Source: an uncultured archaeon
GTDB lineage: Archaea; Aenigmatarchaeota; Aenigmatarchaeia; CG10238-14; SCSR01
NCBI GenBank assembly: GCA_964514495.1
Contig: CAZERL010000003.1
Span: 1-33,643 of the forward strand
DNA: 33,643 nt
Direction: 5' to 3'
In this document: positions 6,768 to 16,152 of the stretch, one piece after another
How the letters are laid out: each line of letters starts with the position of its first letter
Numbering within the stretch: position 1 is the stretch's first letter
Made by a program: the position numbers and the translations under genes
The notes under the pieces: model-generated
The model's database searches: none
The model's input: the letters and a program-made list of their open reading frames with translations, nothing else
Told to the model about the DNA's origin: nothing

Positions 6768-7890
6768 ACCTAAGATTATAAAAATTGGAGGCTCATGTTT
6801 AAGTTCAACAGAAGATATCAAAAGAATTGCTGATATACTTATTGGTCGAATTTCAGATAATGAAAAATTAGTAATTGTAATTTCTGCAATGAAAGGGGAT
6901 ACGGATAGGTTATTGGAATTGGCCAATTCTATTTCACCTAACGTTAGTAAAGAAGATCTTGATCAAATATTGTCAATAGGAGAACGTCTTTCATCTAGGC
7001 TATTAACAGCCGAACTAAAAAGCAGGGGCATTTCAACTAGGTTAATAGATCCAGACAATGCAGTTATAATTACAGATAATATTCATGGCGATGCTAATCC
7101 TATAATAGAATTTACAAAAGAAAAGGTAAACGACAAATTAGTTCCCTTGTTACAAAATGGTACTACTATAGTTACAGGTGGCTTTTTTGGCAAAAGTACT
7201 AGTGGCAAAACGACAACATTGGGACGAGGGGGAAGTGATTCTACAGCAGTTCTTCTTGGTGATTGTTTAAACGCAGAAGAGATAGTTCTTTTAAAAGATG
7301 TAGATGGCTTATTAACTTCTGATCCCAAGAAAAATAAAAATTCAAAACTTATCAAAAAAATTACTGCAGAAGAAGCATTCATTCTTAGCTGTAGTGGAGC
7401 TAAGATTATACAACCTAAATCTTTGAAGTTAAAACCTGCAAATGTTCCAATAAAAATAGTTGGGAATGGTTCTATAGGGACAGTAATAGAAGGTAGTCTA
7501 AAATTAATAAACCATGATGAAAGACCTGTAGCCTTGTTAACTGTACTGACATCTAATATAGAAGCAGTACATGGCATAAAAAATCTAACGATGGTTAGAG
7601 ATGATAAGAGTGCAACACTAATTATATTTCAAGAAGATGTTTCAAAAGCAATTGATGAATTAAACCAATTAATAGAAAAAAGTAAGGCAAAAGCCTTTAC
7701 TGTTAAAGAAAATCTTGGATTAGTTTCAATAAAATCTAGCTCAGACACAATTCCTAAAATAGTAAATTCTTTGGAACAATCTGGTATACAAATTGAGAAT
7801 ATCATTTCAACACCTTCTACAATTAACATTCTCATCAAACTTTTTGACACAGATAGAACCGTACAGCTTTTGAAAGAGGTGATAAGATGA
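6727..7890 (+). CDS. lysC: Aspartate kinase (probably translated from ATG 6693 via +1 frameshift)
   Basis: IIKIGGS, VISAM, GER, TTLGRGGSD, DVDG..TSDP, GAKII; C-terminal ACT-like region; the only in-frame start before the N-terminal motif is a GTG inside an SD-like motif. Confidence 0.93.
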   Translation: MNAFTQRASVFSSRPKIIKIGGSCLSSTEDIKRIADILIGRISDNEKLVIVISAMKGDTDRLLELANSISPNVSKEDLDQILSIGERLSSRLLTAELKSRGISTRLIDPDNAVIITDNIHGDANPIIEFTKEKVNDKLVPLLQNGTTIVTGGFFGKSTSGKTTTLGRGGSDSTAVLLGDCLNAEEIVLLKDVDGLLTSDPKKNKNSKLIKKITAEEAFILSCSGAKIIQPKSLKLKPANVPIKIVGNGSIGTVIEGSLKLINHDERPVALLTVLTSNIEAVHGIKNLTMVRDDKSATLIIFQEDVSKAIDELNQLIEKSKAKAFTVKENLGLVSIKSSSDTIPKIVNSLEQSGIQIENIISTPSTINILIKLFDTDRTVQLLKEVIR

Positions 7891-8948
7891 AAAAGAAAAT
7901 ACCAGTAGCTGTTTTAGGTGCAACAGGATTAGTTGGGCAGAAATTTATAGAATTGTTACAAAACCATCCAATGTTTGAAATAGCAGAATTGGTTGCATCA
8001 GAAAAATCAGTTGGTAAAAGATTTGCAGAAGCTTGCAATCAAATTGTCATTCCACATATAATGCCTGAAATAGAAAATATAATCGTTAAACCAACAAACC
8101 CAAATGAGGTAAATTCTAAATTGGTATTTTCTGCATTACCAGCAGACATAGCACTTAATGTTGAGAATGATTTTGCACGAGCAGGAAAAATAGTCATAAG
8201 TAAAGCCAGCGCATTCAGAATGGTCAAAGATGTACCGTTACTTATACCAGAAGTTAATTCAGAACATTTAGAATTATTGAAAATACAAAAAAATCAAAGG
8301 GATTTGGAAGGGTGTATAATAACTGATCCCAATTGTACAACTGCAGGATTAGCTTTAGTCCTAAAACCAATATTAGATAATTTCGGAATTAAGCAAGTTA
8401 ACGTAACAACTATGCAGGCATTGAGTGGTGCTGGATTTCCAGGTGTCCCTTCCTTATCAATATCAGATAACATCATACCATTCATCGATGGTGAAGAAGA
8501 AAAAGTTGAGAGAGAAACTCTAAAGATTTTAGGTAAACTTAATGGAAACAAAATAGACAATGCTCACTTCAAAATATTTGCAACATGCACCAGAGTTCCA
8601 GTAATTGACGGTCATACAGAAGTTGTAAATATAATAACTGAAAGGGATGCGTCAATTGAAGATTTGAAGAAAGCTTTGACTGAATTTAAAGGATTACCAC
8701 AAGAGCTTAGACTACCAAGTGCCCCAGAAAAACCTATAATAGTGAGAGAAGAATTGGATAGACCACAACCTAAATTAGATAGAGATTCTGGTAGAGGAAT
8801 GAGTGTAACTGTTGGCAGAATTAAGAAACTAGGAGAATGTAATTTCTCTCTTGTACTTCTTGTTCATAATCTGGTGCGTGGAGCAGCTGGTGCAGGTGTT
8901 CTGGATGCTGAATTGTTAGCTAAAACTAACTTAGTGGAGGTGAGTTGA
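7887..8948 (+). CDS. asd: Aspartate-semialdehyde dehydrogenase (archaeal type)
   Basis: VLGATGLVGQ, PNCTT catalytic Cys, TMQALSGAG, RVPVIDGH, HNLVRGAAG. Confidence 0.96.
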   Translation: MKKKIPVAVLGATGLVGQKFIELLQNHPMFEIAELVASEKSVGKRFAEACNQIVIPHIMPEIENIIVKPTNPNEVNSKLVFSALPADIALNVENDFARAGKIVISKASAFRMVKDVPLLIPEVNSEHLELLKIQKNQRDLEGCIITDPNCTTAGLALVLKPILDNFGIKQVNVTTMQALSGAGFPGVPSLSISDNIIPFIDGEEEKVERETLKILGKLNGNKIDNAHFKIFATCTRVPVIDGHTEVVNIITERDASIEDLKKALTEFKGLPQELRLPSAPEKPIIVREELDRPQPKLDRDSGRGMSVTVGRIKKLGECNFSLVLLVHNLVRGAAGAGVLDAELLAKTNLVEVS

Positions 8949-9733
8949 TGAACGGTAAGGAAATTAGATTAAACAGAATATTGGAAAAAGGTAAGGCAAT
9001 AATCATACCAATGGATCATGGGACTAGTGAAGGTCCTGTAACAGGATTAACGGATATGAACGATATGGTAAGGAAATTAGGTTCCGGTGGTGCCACTGCT
9101 GTATTGTTGCATAAAGGGATAATAAAATCTTTGAAAGAACCACCTAAATGCGGACTGATAATGCATGCATCAGCTAGTACAAAACTTGCATCCGATGTAA
9201 ATAATAAAGTTCTTGTATCTGAAGTGGAAGAAGCTGTCACGCTTGGTGCTGATGCTTTTTCTGTTCATATAAACATCGGTGGGAGTGATGCTGAACCAGA
9301 AATGTTGAAAGCATTAGGAAAAGTTGCAAGGGATTGCGAAAAAATGCAAATGCCATTGTTGGCAATGATGTATGCTAGAGGCAAAAATATACAAAACCAA
9401 CTTGATGCGGATGTCCTTGCGCACGTTGCTAGAGTTGGTGCAGAATTAGGGGCTGACTTAGTCAAATGTCCATATTCAGGAGATCCTGAAACTTTCAAAA
9501 AAGTAGTTAAGGGATGTCCAGTACCTGTAATAATAGCTGGTGGTCCTAAATATGAAACTGACAGAGAAGTATTAGAAATGGTTAGAGGGGCTATGGATGC
9601 TGGTGCAATAGGAGTTTCTTTAGGAAGGAATGCATTCCAGCATAAAAATCCAACACAGATAGTAAAGGCAATAAGAAGCATCATAGTAAAGGACTCCAGT
9701 GTGGAAGAAGCATTAAAGCTATTAGGTGAGTGA
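8945..9733 (+). CDS. 2-amino-3,7-dideoxy-D-threo-hept-6-ulosonate (ADH) synthase, class I aldolase DhnA family (AroA')
   Basis: GKEIRLNRI, PMDHG, LLHKG, AMMYARG, ELGADLVK, VIIAGGPK, GRNAFQH; context of asd and DHQ synthase II; ATG at 8948. Confidence 0.9.
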   Translation: MMNGKEIRLNRILEKGKAIIIPMDHGTSEGPVTGLTDMNDMVRKLGSGGATAVLLHKGIIKSLKEPPKCGLIMHASASTKLASDVNNKVLVSEVEEAVTLGADAFSVHINIGGSDAEPEMLKALGKVARDCEKMQMPLLAMMYARGKNIQNQLDADVLAHVARVGAELGADLVKCPYSGDPETFKKVVKGCPVPVIIAGGPKYETDREVLEMVRGAMDAGAIGVSLGRNAFQHKNPTQIVKAIRSIIVKDSSVEEALKLLGE

Positions 9734-10654
9734 ATGAGAGAGCTTATAGTAAAAACTGATAACCCAAAAATTCAGAAAGAAGCAAAAGGTTTAGGCTTAG
9801 AAATAGTTACAGAAGACGAAGCCATAGAAGTTAAAAATAGGAAAGACGAAGACGAAGCCATAAAGTTAGCTAGCAAAAAAGATAAGCTCATAATCTCGTC
9901 GCCAGATTGGAAAATAATTCCGTTGGAAAATTTAGTTTCAAAATTAAAAGGAAAAGTTAAATTAATTGCAAAAGTGAAAACAGCGGAGGAAGCAAAACTA
10001 GCTTTAGGTGCATTGGAACTTGGTGCTGATGGTGTTTTACTAGATACTGACAATGTGAATGAAATCAAGAAAACAATGTCTGCAATAGAAGAATTAGAAG
10101 AGAAAGGTAAGCTTCAGTTAGTTGAAGCTACTGTTACAAACATTAACAAACTGGACTTGGGTGCAAGATCCTGCATAGATACATGTAGTCTGATGGAAAA
10201 AGGAGAAGGCATGTTGGTTGGTTGCTCTTCTCAAGGCATGTTGTTAGTTCAAGCAGAAGTTGAGGAAAATCCGAGTGTTTCTCCAAGACCTTTTAGAGTC
10301 AATGCTGGAGCTGTTTCACTATATGTGTTAGCTCCAAACAACAAGACAAGGTACATAGAAGAAGTAAAAGCTGGCGATGAAGTTCTATTAGTAAACAAAA
10401 ATGGAAAAATTAGGTCAGCTTTCGTGGGTAGATCTAAGATTGAAATAAGGCCGTTGACATTAGTAGAAGCTGAAAGTAATGGAAAAGTTGCTAAAGCAAT
10501 ACTACAAACAGCTGAAACGATAAGACTTGTAACTACCGAAGATAGTAAACCAGTAACAGAGCTTAAAGTTGGAGATAAGATACTGACTTACTTTCAAGAG
10601 GGTGGAAGGCATTTTGGAACTTTAGTTAAAGATGAATACTGTGTGGAAAAATGA
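9734..10654 (+). CDS. 3-dehydroquinate synthase II (AroB')
   Basis: DWKIIPLENL, LELGADGV, R.CIDTCSLM..GEGMLVG, RPFRVNAGAV, QTAETIRL, GRHFG. Confidence 0.93.
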   Translation: MRELIVKTDNPKIQKEAKGLGLEIVTEDEAIEVKNRKDEDEAIKLASKKDKLIISSPDWKIIPLENLVSKLKGKVKLIAKVKTAEEAKLALGALELGADGVLLDTDNVNEIKKTMSAIEELEEKGKLQLVEATVTNINKLDLGARSCIDTCSLMEKGEGMLVGCSSQGMLLVQAEVEENPSVSPRPFRVNAGAVSLYVLAPNNKTRYIEEVKAGDEVLLVNKNGKIRSAFVGRSKIEIRPLTLVEAESNGKVAKAILQTAETIRLVTTEDSKPVTELKVGDKILTYFQEGGRHFGTLVKDEYCVEK

Positions 10655-11348
10655 GTTGACTTCTATGATCAGAATATGCGCAAGTATAACTGAAAGCAAT
10701 ATAGAAGATTGCCTTAAAGCTATTTCCAAAGCAAAAGAACTAGGTGCCAGAATAGTAGAACTACGTATAGACTTTTTGGATAACCATGAAGAGATTTCAA
10801 AAATAATTCAGCAGGCAAAACTACCTTTAATAGCGACAAACAGAAGTAAAAAAGAAGGCGGGGAATTTGAAGGAAATGAAGAAGAAAGGATTAATAGTCT
10901 CATCAATGCTATTGACGATGGATGTGAATTTGTTGACATAGAGTTAAATACAAACAAGAAATTGAGAGGACGAGTTACAAATCTTGCAAGAAGAAACAAA
11001 TGTGAAGTAATAGTTTCTATTCATGATTTTAAGAAAACTCCTAATATGAAAAATTTAAATAAATTATTAACTGAAGAAAAAGCGATAGCTGACATAGGGA
11101 AAATAGTTACTTTTGGTAACAAAAATGAAGATACTATAAAAATTTTCAATTTATTGAGAATAGCCAATTCTAGAAATTTCCCTTTGATAACTTTTGCTAT
11201 GGGTTCTTTATGTAGTTTCTCTAGAATAGTGGCTCCACTATTTGGTTCATATTTAACATATGTGTCGGTAGGCAAACCGTCTGCAATTGGACAGATGAAC
11301 ATAAGGGAGATGGTAAATGTTTACAAGCAATTAGGTGTGAAAATATGA
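10632..11348 (+). CDS. aroD: Type I 3-dehydroquinate dehydratase
   Basis: ICASI, VELRIDFL, IATNR..EGG, VDIEL, SIHDF..TP, FAMG, SRI, SAIGQ; true start probably ATG 10665. Confidence 0.93.
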   Translation: MNTVWKNELTSMIRICASITESNIEDCLKAISKAKELGARIVELRIDFLDNHEEISKIIQQAKLPLIATNRSKKEGGEFEGNEEERINSLINAIDDGCEFVDIELNTNKKLRGRVTNLARRNKCEVIVSIHDFKKTPNMKNLNKLLTEEKAIADIGKIVTFGNKNEDTIKIFNLLRIANSRNFPLITFAMGSLCSFSRIVAPLFGSYLTYVSVGKPSAIGQMNIREMVNVYKQLGVKI

Positions 11349-12205
11349 TTTCTAGCAAAACTAAATTATTATGCCTTATAGGCAATCCTGTAGAGCATAG
11401 TATATCACCTCAAATGCATAATGCTATGTTTAAAGAATTGAATTTAGATTTCGCACTTGTCTCATTCAAAGTTGAAGAAACTGAATTGTCTGATGCTGTT
11501 AAAGGTATTAGAGCATTAGGCATAAAAGGAGGCAATGTAACATTACCACACAAGACAAGCATAATGAAACTTTTAGATGAAATAGATGACTCATCAAAAG
11601 AAGTGGATTCTGTAAATACTTTTTTAAATGATAATGGCATACTTAAGGGGTTCAATACAGATGGTATAGGTGCGTTAAAGGCTTTGGAAGAAAATGGTAT
11701 ATCACTTAAAAATAAGAAGGTCGTCATTATTGGTGCAGGTGGTGCATCAAAATCAATATCACATGTTGTTGCAATGGAAAGTCCATCTGAACTTGTGATC
11801 TTAAATAGAAATATAAGTAAAGCCAAATCAATCGCAGACAAGATAAATAAAAAACTTGGTAAGAAAGCAAGAGTATTTGAACTAAGTTCAGAAAATTTAA
11901 AATCAGAATTGAAAGATACCGATATACTAATTAATTGCTCATCAGTTGGTATGAAGCCCAATTTAAATGAAACTACTGTGTCTAAAGAATTTCTTCATAA
12001 AAATCTTACAGTAATGGACATTATATACAATCCATTGGAAACTAGACTACTAAAAGAAGCCAAATCAGTAGGGGCAAAGACAATTAACGGTATTGGCATG
12101 TTGGTTAATCAAGGTGCCTTAGCGTTTGAAATATGGACTGGTAAAAAAGCTCCTGTTGAATTGATGAGAAGAGTTGCAATAGAAAACTTGAAGGGATTTA
12201 CATGA
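11345..12205 (+). CDS. aroE: Shikimate dehydrogenase
   Basis: IGNPVEHSISPQMHN, GGNVTLPHK, SVNT, GFNTDG, GAGGA, DIIYNPLET.LL, MLVNQG. Confidence 0.96.
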   Translation: MISSKTKLLCLIGNPVEHSISPQMHNAMFKELNLDFALVSFKVEETELSDAVKGIRALGIKGGNVTLPHKTSIMKLLDEIDDSSKEVDSVNTFLNDNGILKGFNTDGIGALKALEENGISLKNKKVVIIGAGGASKSISHVVAMESPSELVILNRNISKAKSIADKINKKLGKKARVFELSSENLKSELKDTDILINCSSVGMKPNLNETTVSKEFLHKNLTVMDIIYNPLETRLLKEAKSVGAKTINGIGMLVNQGALAFEIWTGKKAPVELMRRVAIENLKGFT

Positions 12206-12711
12206 AAGATAATGTTGCTTTAATTGGATTCATGGGTACTGGAAAGAATTCAGTAGGGATTTCATTAGCCAAAAGGTTCAACAAAAAATTTATTGATACA
12301 GATATCCTAATTGAAAAATTAGCAGGTAAATCCATTCCAAAGATATTCAAAGAAGATGGGGAAATCAAATTCCGTGAATTAGAAATAGAAGCGATAAAGA
12401 AAGTCGCAAAAATGAAAAATGTTGTCATATCGTGTGGTGGAGGTGTCGTCCTAAATCAAATAAATATAGATAGGTTAAGAAAAAACTCAAAAATAATCTT
12501 GCTTACAGCTTCACCCAATGTTATTTTAAAAAGAATAAAAAGTGGTAAACAAAATCGTCCTCTTTTAAAAGTCTCTAATAAACTCAATACGGTTAAACAA
12601 CTTCTATCATTAAGAAAGCCTTTGTACAAAATGTCAGCAGATTACACAATAGATACTTCTAGGTTAAATGAAGGAAAGGTTGTTAACAAAACAATAGAAC
12701 TTTTGAGGTAA
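12202..12711 (+). CDS. aroK: Shikimate kinase (bacterial NMP-kinase-fold type)
   Basis: LIGFMGTGK Walker A, DTD, GE..FRELE, SCGGGVV, RPLL, R..LY. Confidence 0.94.
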   Translation: MKDNVALIGFMGTGKNSVGISLAKRFNKKFIDTDILIEKLAGKSIPKIFKEDGEIKFRELEIEAIKKVAKMKNVVISCGGGVVLNQINIDRLRKNSKIILLTASPNVILKRIKSGKQNRPLLKVSNKLNTVKQLLSLRKPLYKMSADYTIDTSRLNEGKVVNKTIELLR

Positions 12712-12715
12712 TTTT

Positions 12716-13972
12716 ATGATAGCTACAATCGAAACTAGTGAAATAAATGGAACTGTTGCTTCACCTCCTTCTAAGAGTTACACCCATAGGTCTATAATAT
12801 GTGCAGCTCTGGCAAATGGACGAAGTAAAATCATGAATCCTTTGTTAGCTGATGATACACATGCAACTATTGATGTATTAAGCAAAATAGGAGTAGGGAT
12901 TTCTGGAAATAATGATCATATAATTGTCAAAGGAAATGGTCTTTCTGAACCTAAAGAGGAATTATTTTGCAAGGAATCTGGAACTACTCTTAGGTTGATG
13001 ACATCTGTGTGTTCTTTAATCAAAGGCAGATGTAAACTAACTGGTAGCTTGTCACTATTAAAAAGACCTATAAAACCTTTAGTTGATGCTCTTGAAAAGT
13101 TAGGTGTCAATTGCTCTTGTAATGGCAACTTCCCACCTGTTATTGTAAATAACAACCTTATGGGTGGCATAACTAAAGTGCCTGGTGATATCAGCTCACA
13201 ATTTATTTCTGGATTACTCTTAGTTGCGCCGTTAACACAAAAAGAAACACAAATTTTACTGTCAACAGAACTTGAATCAAAACCTTACGTGATGATGACA
13301 ATTGATGTGCAAAAAGATTTTGGAATTGAAATAAAAACTAGCAAAAATTTAAGGAAATTTTCTGTAACTAGACAAGAGTATAAACCAAGAAATTACAAAG
13401 TAGAAGGCGATTGGTCTGCTGCATCTTTTCCACTAGCTGCAGGTGCAATTGCTGGTAGAGTTGAAGTAACTAACATAGATAATGAAAGCTTACAGGCAGA
13501 TAGAAAAATAATTGATGTACTGAAAATGATGGGTGCTAGCCTAAAGACTACATCAAAAGGTATTTTAGTGATTAAATCTAGGTTAAATGCAATAGATTTT
13601 GATGTTTCAAACTGTCCAGATTTATTTCCAATAGTATGTGTATTATGTTCTGCTGCTAATGGTACTAGCAAAATTTCTGGAATTAGAAGATTGCTGTTGA
13701 AAGAATCCAACAGGCTTGATGAGATGAAAAATGGTCTAACAAAAATGGGAGTAAAAGTAAAACAATCAAGAGACTCTATACAAATAACAGGTTCTCAAGT
13801 TAAAGGAAGTACAATAAATTCAAATGACCATAGGATTTCAATGGCATTTGGTATCTTAGGAATGATTGCTAAAGGTAAAACTATAATAAAAAATGCAGAA
13901 TGTGTTAGTAAATCTTTCCCAGAATTTTGGAATTATTTAAGCAAGTTAAATTCGAATCTTGATATAAGGTGA
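12716..13972 (+). CDS. aroA: EPSP synthase (3-phosphoshikimate 1-carboxyvinyltransferase)
   Basis: PPSKSYTHR, ESGTTLR, ISSQFISGLL, SKPYV.MT, EGDWS, KESNR, DHRISM, KSFPEF. Confidence 0.96.
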   Translation: MIATIETSEINGTVASPPSKSYTHRSIICAALANGRSKIMNPLLADDTHATIDVLSKIGVGISGNNDHIIVKGNGLSEPKEELFCKESGTTLRLMTSVCSLIKGRCKLTGSLSLLKRPIKPLVDALEKLGVNCSCNGNFPPVIVNNNLMGGITKVPGDISSQFISGLLLVAPLTQKETQILLSTELESKPYVMMTIDVQKDFGIEIKTSKNLRKFSVTRQEYKPRNYKVEGDWSAASFPLAAGAIAGRVEVTNIDNESLQADRKIIDVLKMMGASLKTTSKGILVIKSRLNAIDFDVSNCPDLFPIVCVLCSAANGTSKISGIRRLLLKESNRLDEMKNGLTKMGVKVKQSRDSIQITGSQVKGSTINSNDHRISMAFGILGMIAKGKTIIKNAECVSKSFPEFWNYLSKLNSNLDIR

Positions 13973-13976
13973 CATT

Positions 13977-15071
13977 ATGAATGGCAATAGTATAGGCAAA
14001 GCGTTCAAGGTAACAAGTTTCGGAGAAAGTCATGGAAGATGTGTAGGTGCAATTATAGACGGTTGTCCTGCAGGTTTAAAGCTAGATACAGAAAAAATTC
14101 AGAGAGATCTAGATAGAAGAAAACCTGGACAAAGTACAATAACAACTGCCAGGAGGGAGGAAGACAAATTAGAAATAATATCAGGGGTTTTAAACGAATT
14201 TACTACTAGTGCACCAATTTGTATGCTAACATGGAACAAAGATGTAATTTCGAGTGGCTATGAACAAAGAAGATTTACAGTGAGACCAGGCCATGCTGAT
14301 TACACAGCATTCATGAAATACGGCGGGTTCGAAGATTACAGGGGAGGTGGAAGGTTTTCTGCTAGAATAACCACTGGATTTGTGATGGCAGGCGCTTTAG
14401 CAAAACAATTACTGAGTTTGTTAAATATAGAAATTCTAGCGCATACTGTTGAAATTGGTGGAATCAAAGCTAGAGAAATGTCGGTTGACGATATAAGAAA
14501 AAATACGGAAACAAATGAGGCAAGATGTGCTGATTCAGAAACTGCTAAAAAAATGATAGAAAGAATAAAGCAAGTAAGACTTGAAAAGGATAGCTTAGGA
14601 GGACTTGTTGAAGGTATTGCTTTGAATGTTCCAGTTGGTTTAGGTGAACCTGTTTTTGATAATTTGGATAGTGAATTAGCTAAAGCACTATTTGCTATAC
14701 CTGCAGTTAAAGCAGTAGAATTTGGTTTAGGATTTCAAAGTAGTAGACTAAAAGGCTCTGAAAATAATGATATTTTTGTTATGAAAAAAGGTAAGATTGT
14801 AACTAAAACAAATAATTCTGGGGGAATATTGGGCGGCTTAAGTAATGGTATGCCTATTGTTGTTAAAGTGGGTTTTAAACCTATATCATCCATTCCAAAA
14901 GAACAAAAAACTATTAACATGAAAGAAATGAAAGAAACGGAAATAAAATCTATTGGTAGATTTGACCCTTGCCCTGTGCCAAGAGCAATTCCTATTGTTG
15001 AATCTATGATGGCTATAGTGTTGTGCGACTTTGCACTTCGTTCACAATTGATTCCAAGAGTGATTAAATGA
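13977..15071 (+). CDS. aroC: Chorismate synthase
   Basis: FGESHG, RRKPGQ, RPGHAD, GGGRFSARIT, DSLGG, NNSGGILGG, GRFDPC. Confidence 0.97.
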   Translation: MNGNSIGKAFKVTSFGESHGRCVGAIIDGCPAGLKLDTEKIQRDLDRRKPGQSTITTARREEDKLEIISGVLNEFTTSAPICMLTWNKDVISSGYEQRRFTVRPGHADYTAFMKYGGFEDYRGGGRFSARITTGFVMAGALAKQLLSLLNIEILAHTVEIGGIKAREMSVDDIRKNTETNEARCADSETAKKMIERIKQVRLEKDSLGGLVEGIALNVPVGLGEPVFDNLDSELAKALFAIPAVKAVEFGLGFQSSRLKGSENNDIFVMKKGKIVTKTNNSGGILGGLSNGMPIVVKVGFKPISSIPKEQKTINMKEMKETEIKSIGRFDPCPVPRAIPIVESMMAIVLCDFALRSQLIPRVIK

Positions 15072-15346
15072 AATCACAAAAGATCATTATAGAACAAAGG
15101 GAAAGGATAGATAAAATAACTGAAAAATTGATTGAATTAATTGCCGAGAGAAAGAAACTGACATTTAAAATTAGTGAGCTAAAGAAGAAGTCTAGCATAC
15201 CTTCGATTGATCATGAACGGGAAAAGAAAATAATTAGCAATGCCAAAAAACTTGCTAAAAAGTTCAAGGTTAGTCCTAGTCTCGTAGAAAACATAATGAA
15301 ATTACTGATTAATGATTCTAGAAAGACCAAGGTTAATTTGTTATGA
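15068..15346 (+). CDS. Chorismate mutase type II (AroQ)
   Basis: RERIDKI..KLIELIAER, K, D.ERE AroQ pattern; 92 aa helical. Confidence 0.88.
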   Translation: MKSQKIIIEQRERIDKITEKLIELIAERKKLTFKISELKKKSSIPSIDHEREKKIISNAKKLAKKFKVSPSLVENIMKLLINDSRKTKVNLL

Positions 15347-16152
15347 GAATTGCATTTCAAGGAGAAATGGGAGCATATAGTGAAGAAACAGCTTTTAAGT
15401 ATTTTGGCAATTCTATTGTCACTATACCATGTAAAGATTTGAAAAAAGTGTTTAATGAAGTAGAAAAACGAAAAGCAGATTACGGCATTGTACCAGCTGA
15501 AAATTCCATAGAAGGTAGTATTATTCAAACTTATGATTTGTTACTTGAACATAACTTACATATTATTGGTGAAGTAATTCAAAGAATTGTTCACTGTTTG
15601 ATTGCTAGTAAAAGTTCTAATTTAAGATCTATAAAAACTGTATATTCACATCCTCAAGCCTTAGGCCAATGTAGAGATTTTTTGGACAAATCAAAATGCG
15701 AAGTCATGCCAACATATGACACTGCTGGTAGTGTTAAAATGATAAAGGAAAGGAAACTGAAATATGTTGCGGCCATAGCAAGTGAGCTATCTGCAAAAAT
15801 TTATGATATGAAAATTCTAGCAAAGGGGATTGAAGGTAATCGCAACTTTACAAGGTTTTTTATAATTGGCAAAAATGAAACAAAGCCTACAGGAAATGAT
15901 AAAACATCTTTAGCACTTGTGATAAAACATATACCAGGTTCTTTGGCTAGCGCGTTGAAATTATTTGCATCTGAGAAAATTAACTTAACTCATATTCAAT
16001 CTAGACCGCTGTTGGGCAAGCCATGGGAATATACTTTTTACATAGATTATGAAGGGCATAAAGATGATGAACATTTTAAAAAAGCACTTAACAATCTAAA
16101 CAAGGTTTCGTTATTTGTGAAAGTATTGGGCTCCTATCCTAAGGTGAAGTAA
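15343..16152 (+). CDS. pheA: Prephenate dehydratase
   Basis: IAFQGEMGAYSE, PAENSIEG, SHPQALGQC, NFTRF, ACT domain with IQSRP, LGSYP. Confidence 0.96.
   Translation: MRIAFQGEMGAYSEETAFKYFGNSIVTIPCKDLKKVFNEVEKRKADYGIVPAENSIEGSIIQTYDLLLEHNLHIIGEVIQRIVHCLIASKSSNLRSIKTVYSHPQALGQCRDFLDKSKCEVMPTYDTAGSVKMIKERKLKYVAAIASELSAKIYDMKILAKGIEGNRNFTRFFIIGKNETKPTGNDKTSLALVIKHIPGSLASALKLFASEKINLTHIQSRPLLGKPWEYTFYIDYEGHKDDEHFKKALNNLNKVSLFVKVLGSYPKVK

Noticed and set aside
10625-10667. Val-Trp codons (GTG TGG) in the 5' extension of aroD as another frameshift cassette
   Set aside because: Already in the aroD frame, GTG is not an NTT slip codon, and it overlaps the DHQ synthase C-terminus; the real start is probably ATG 10665.
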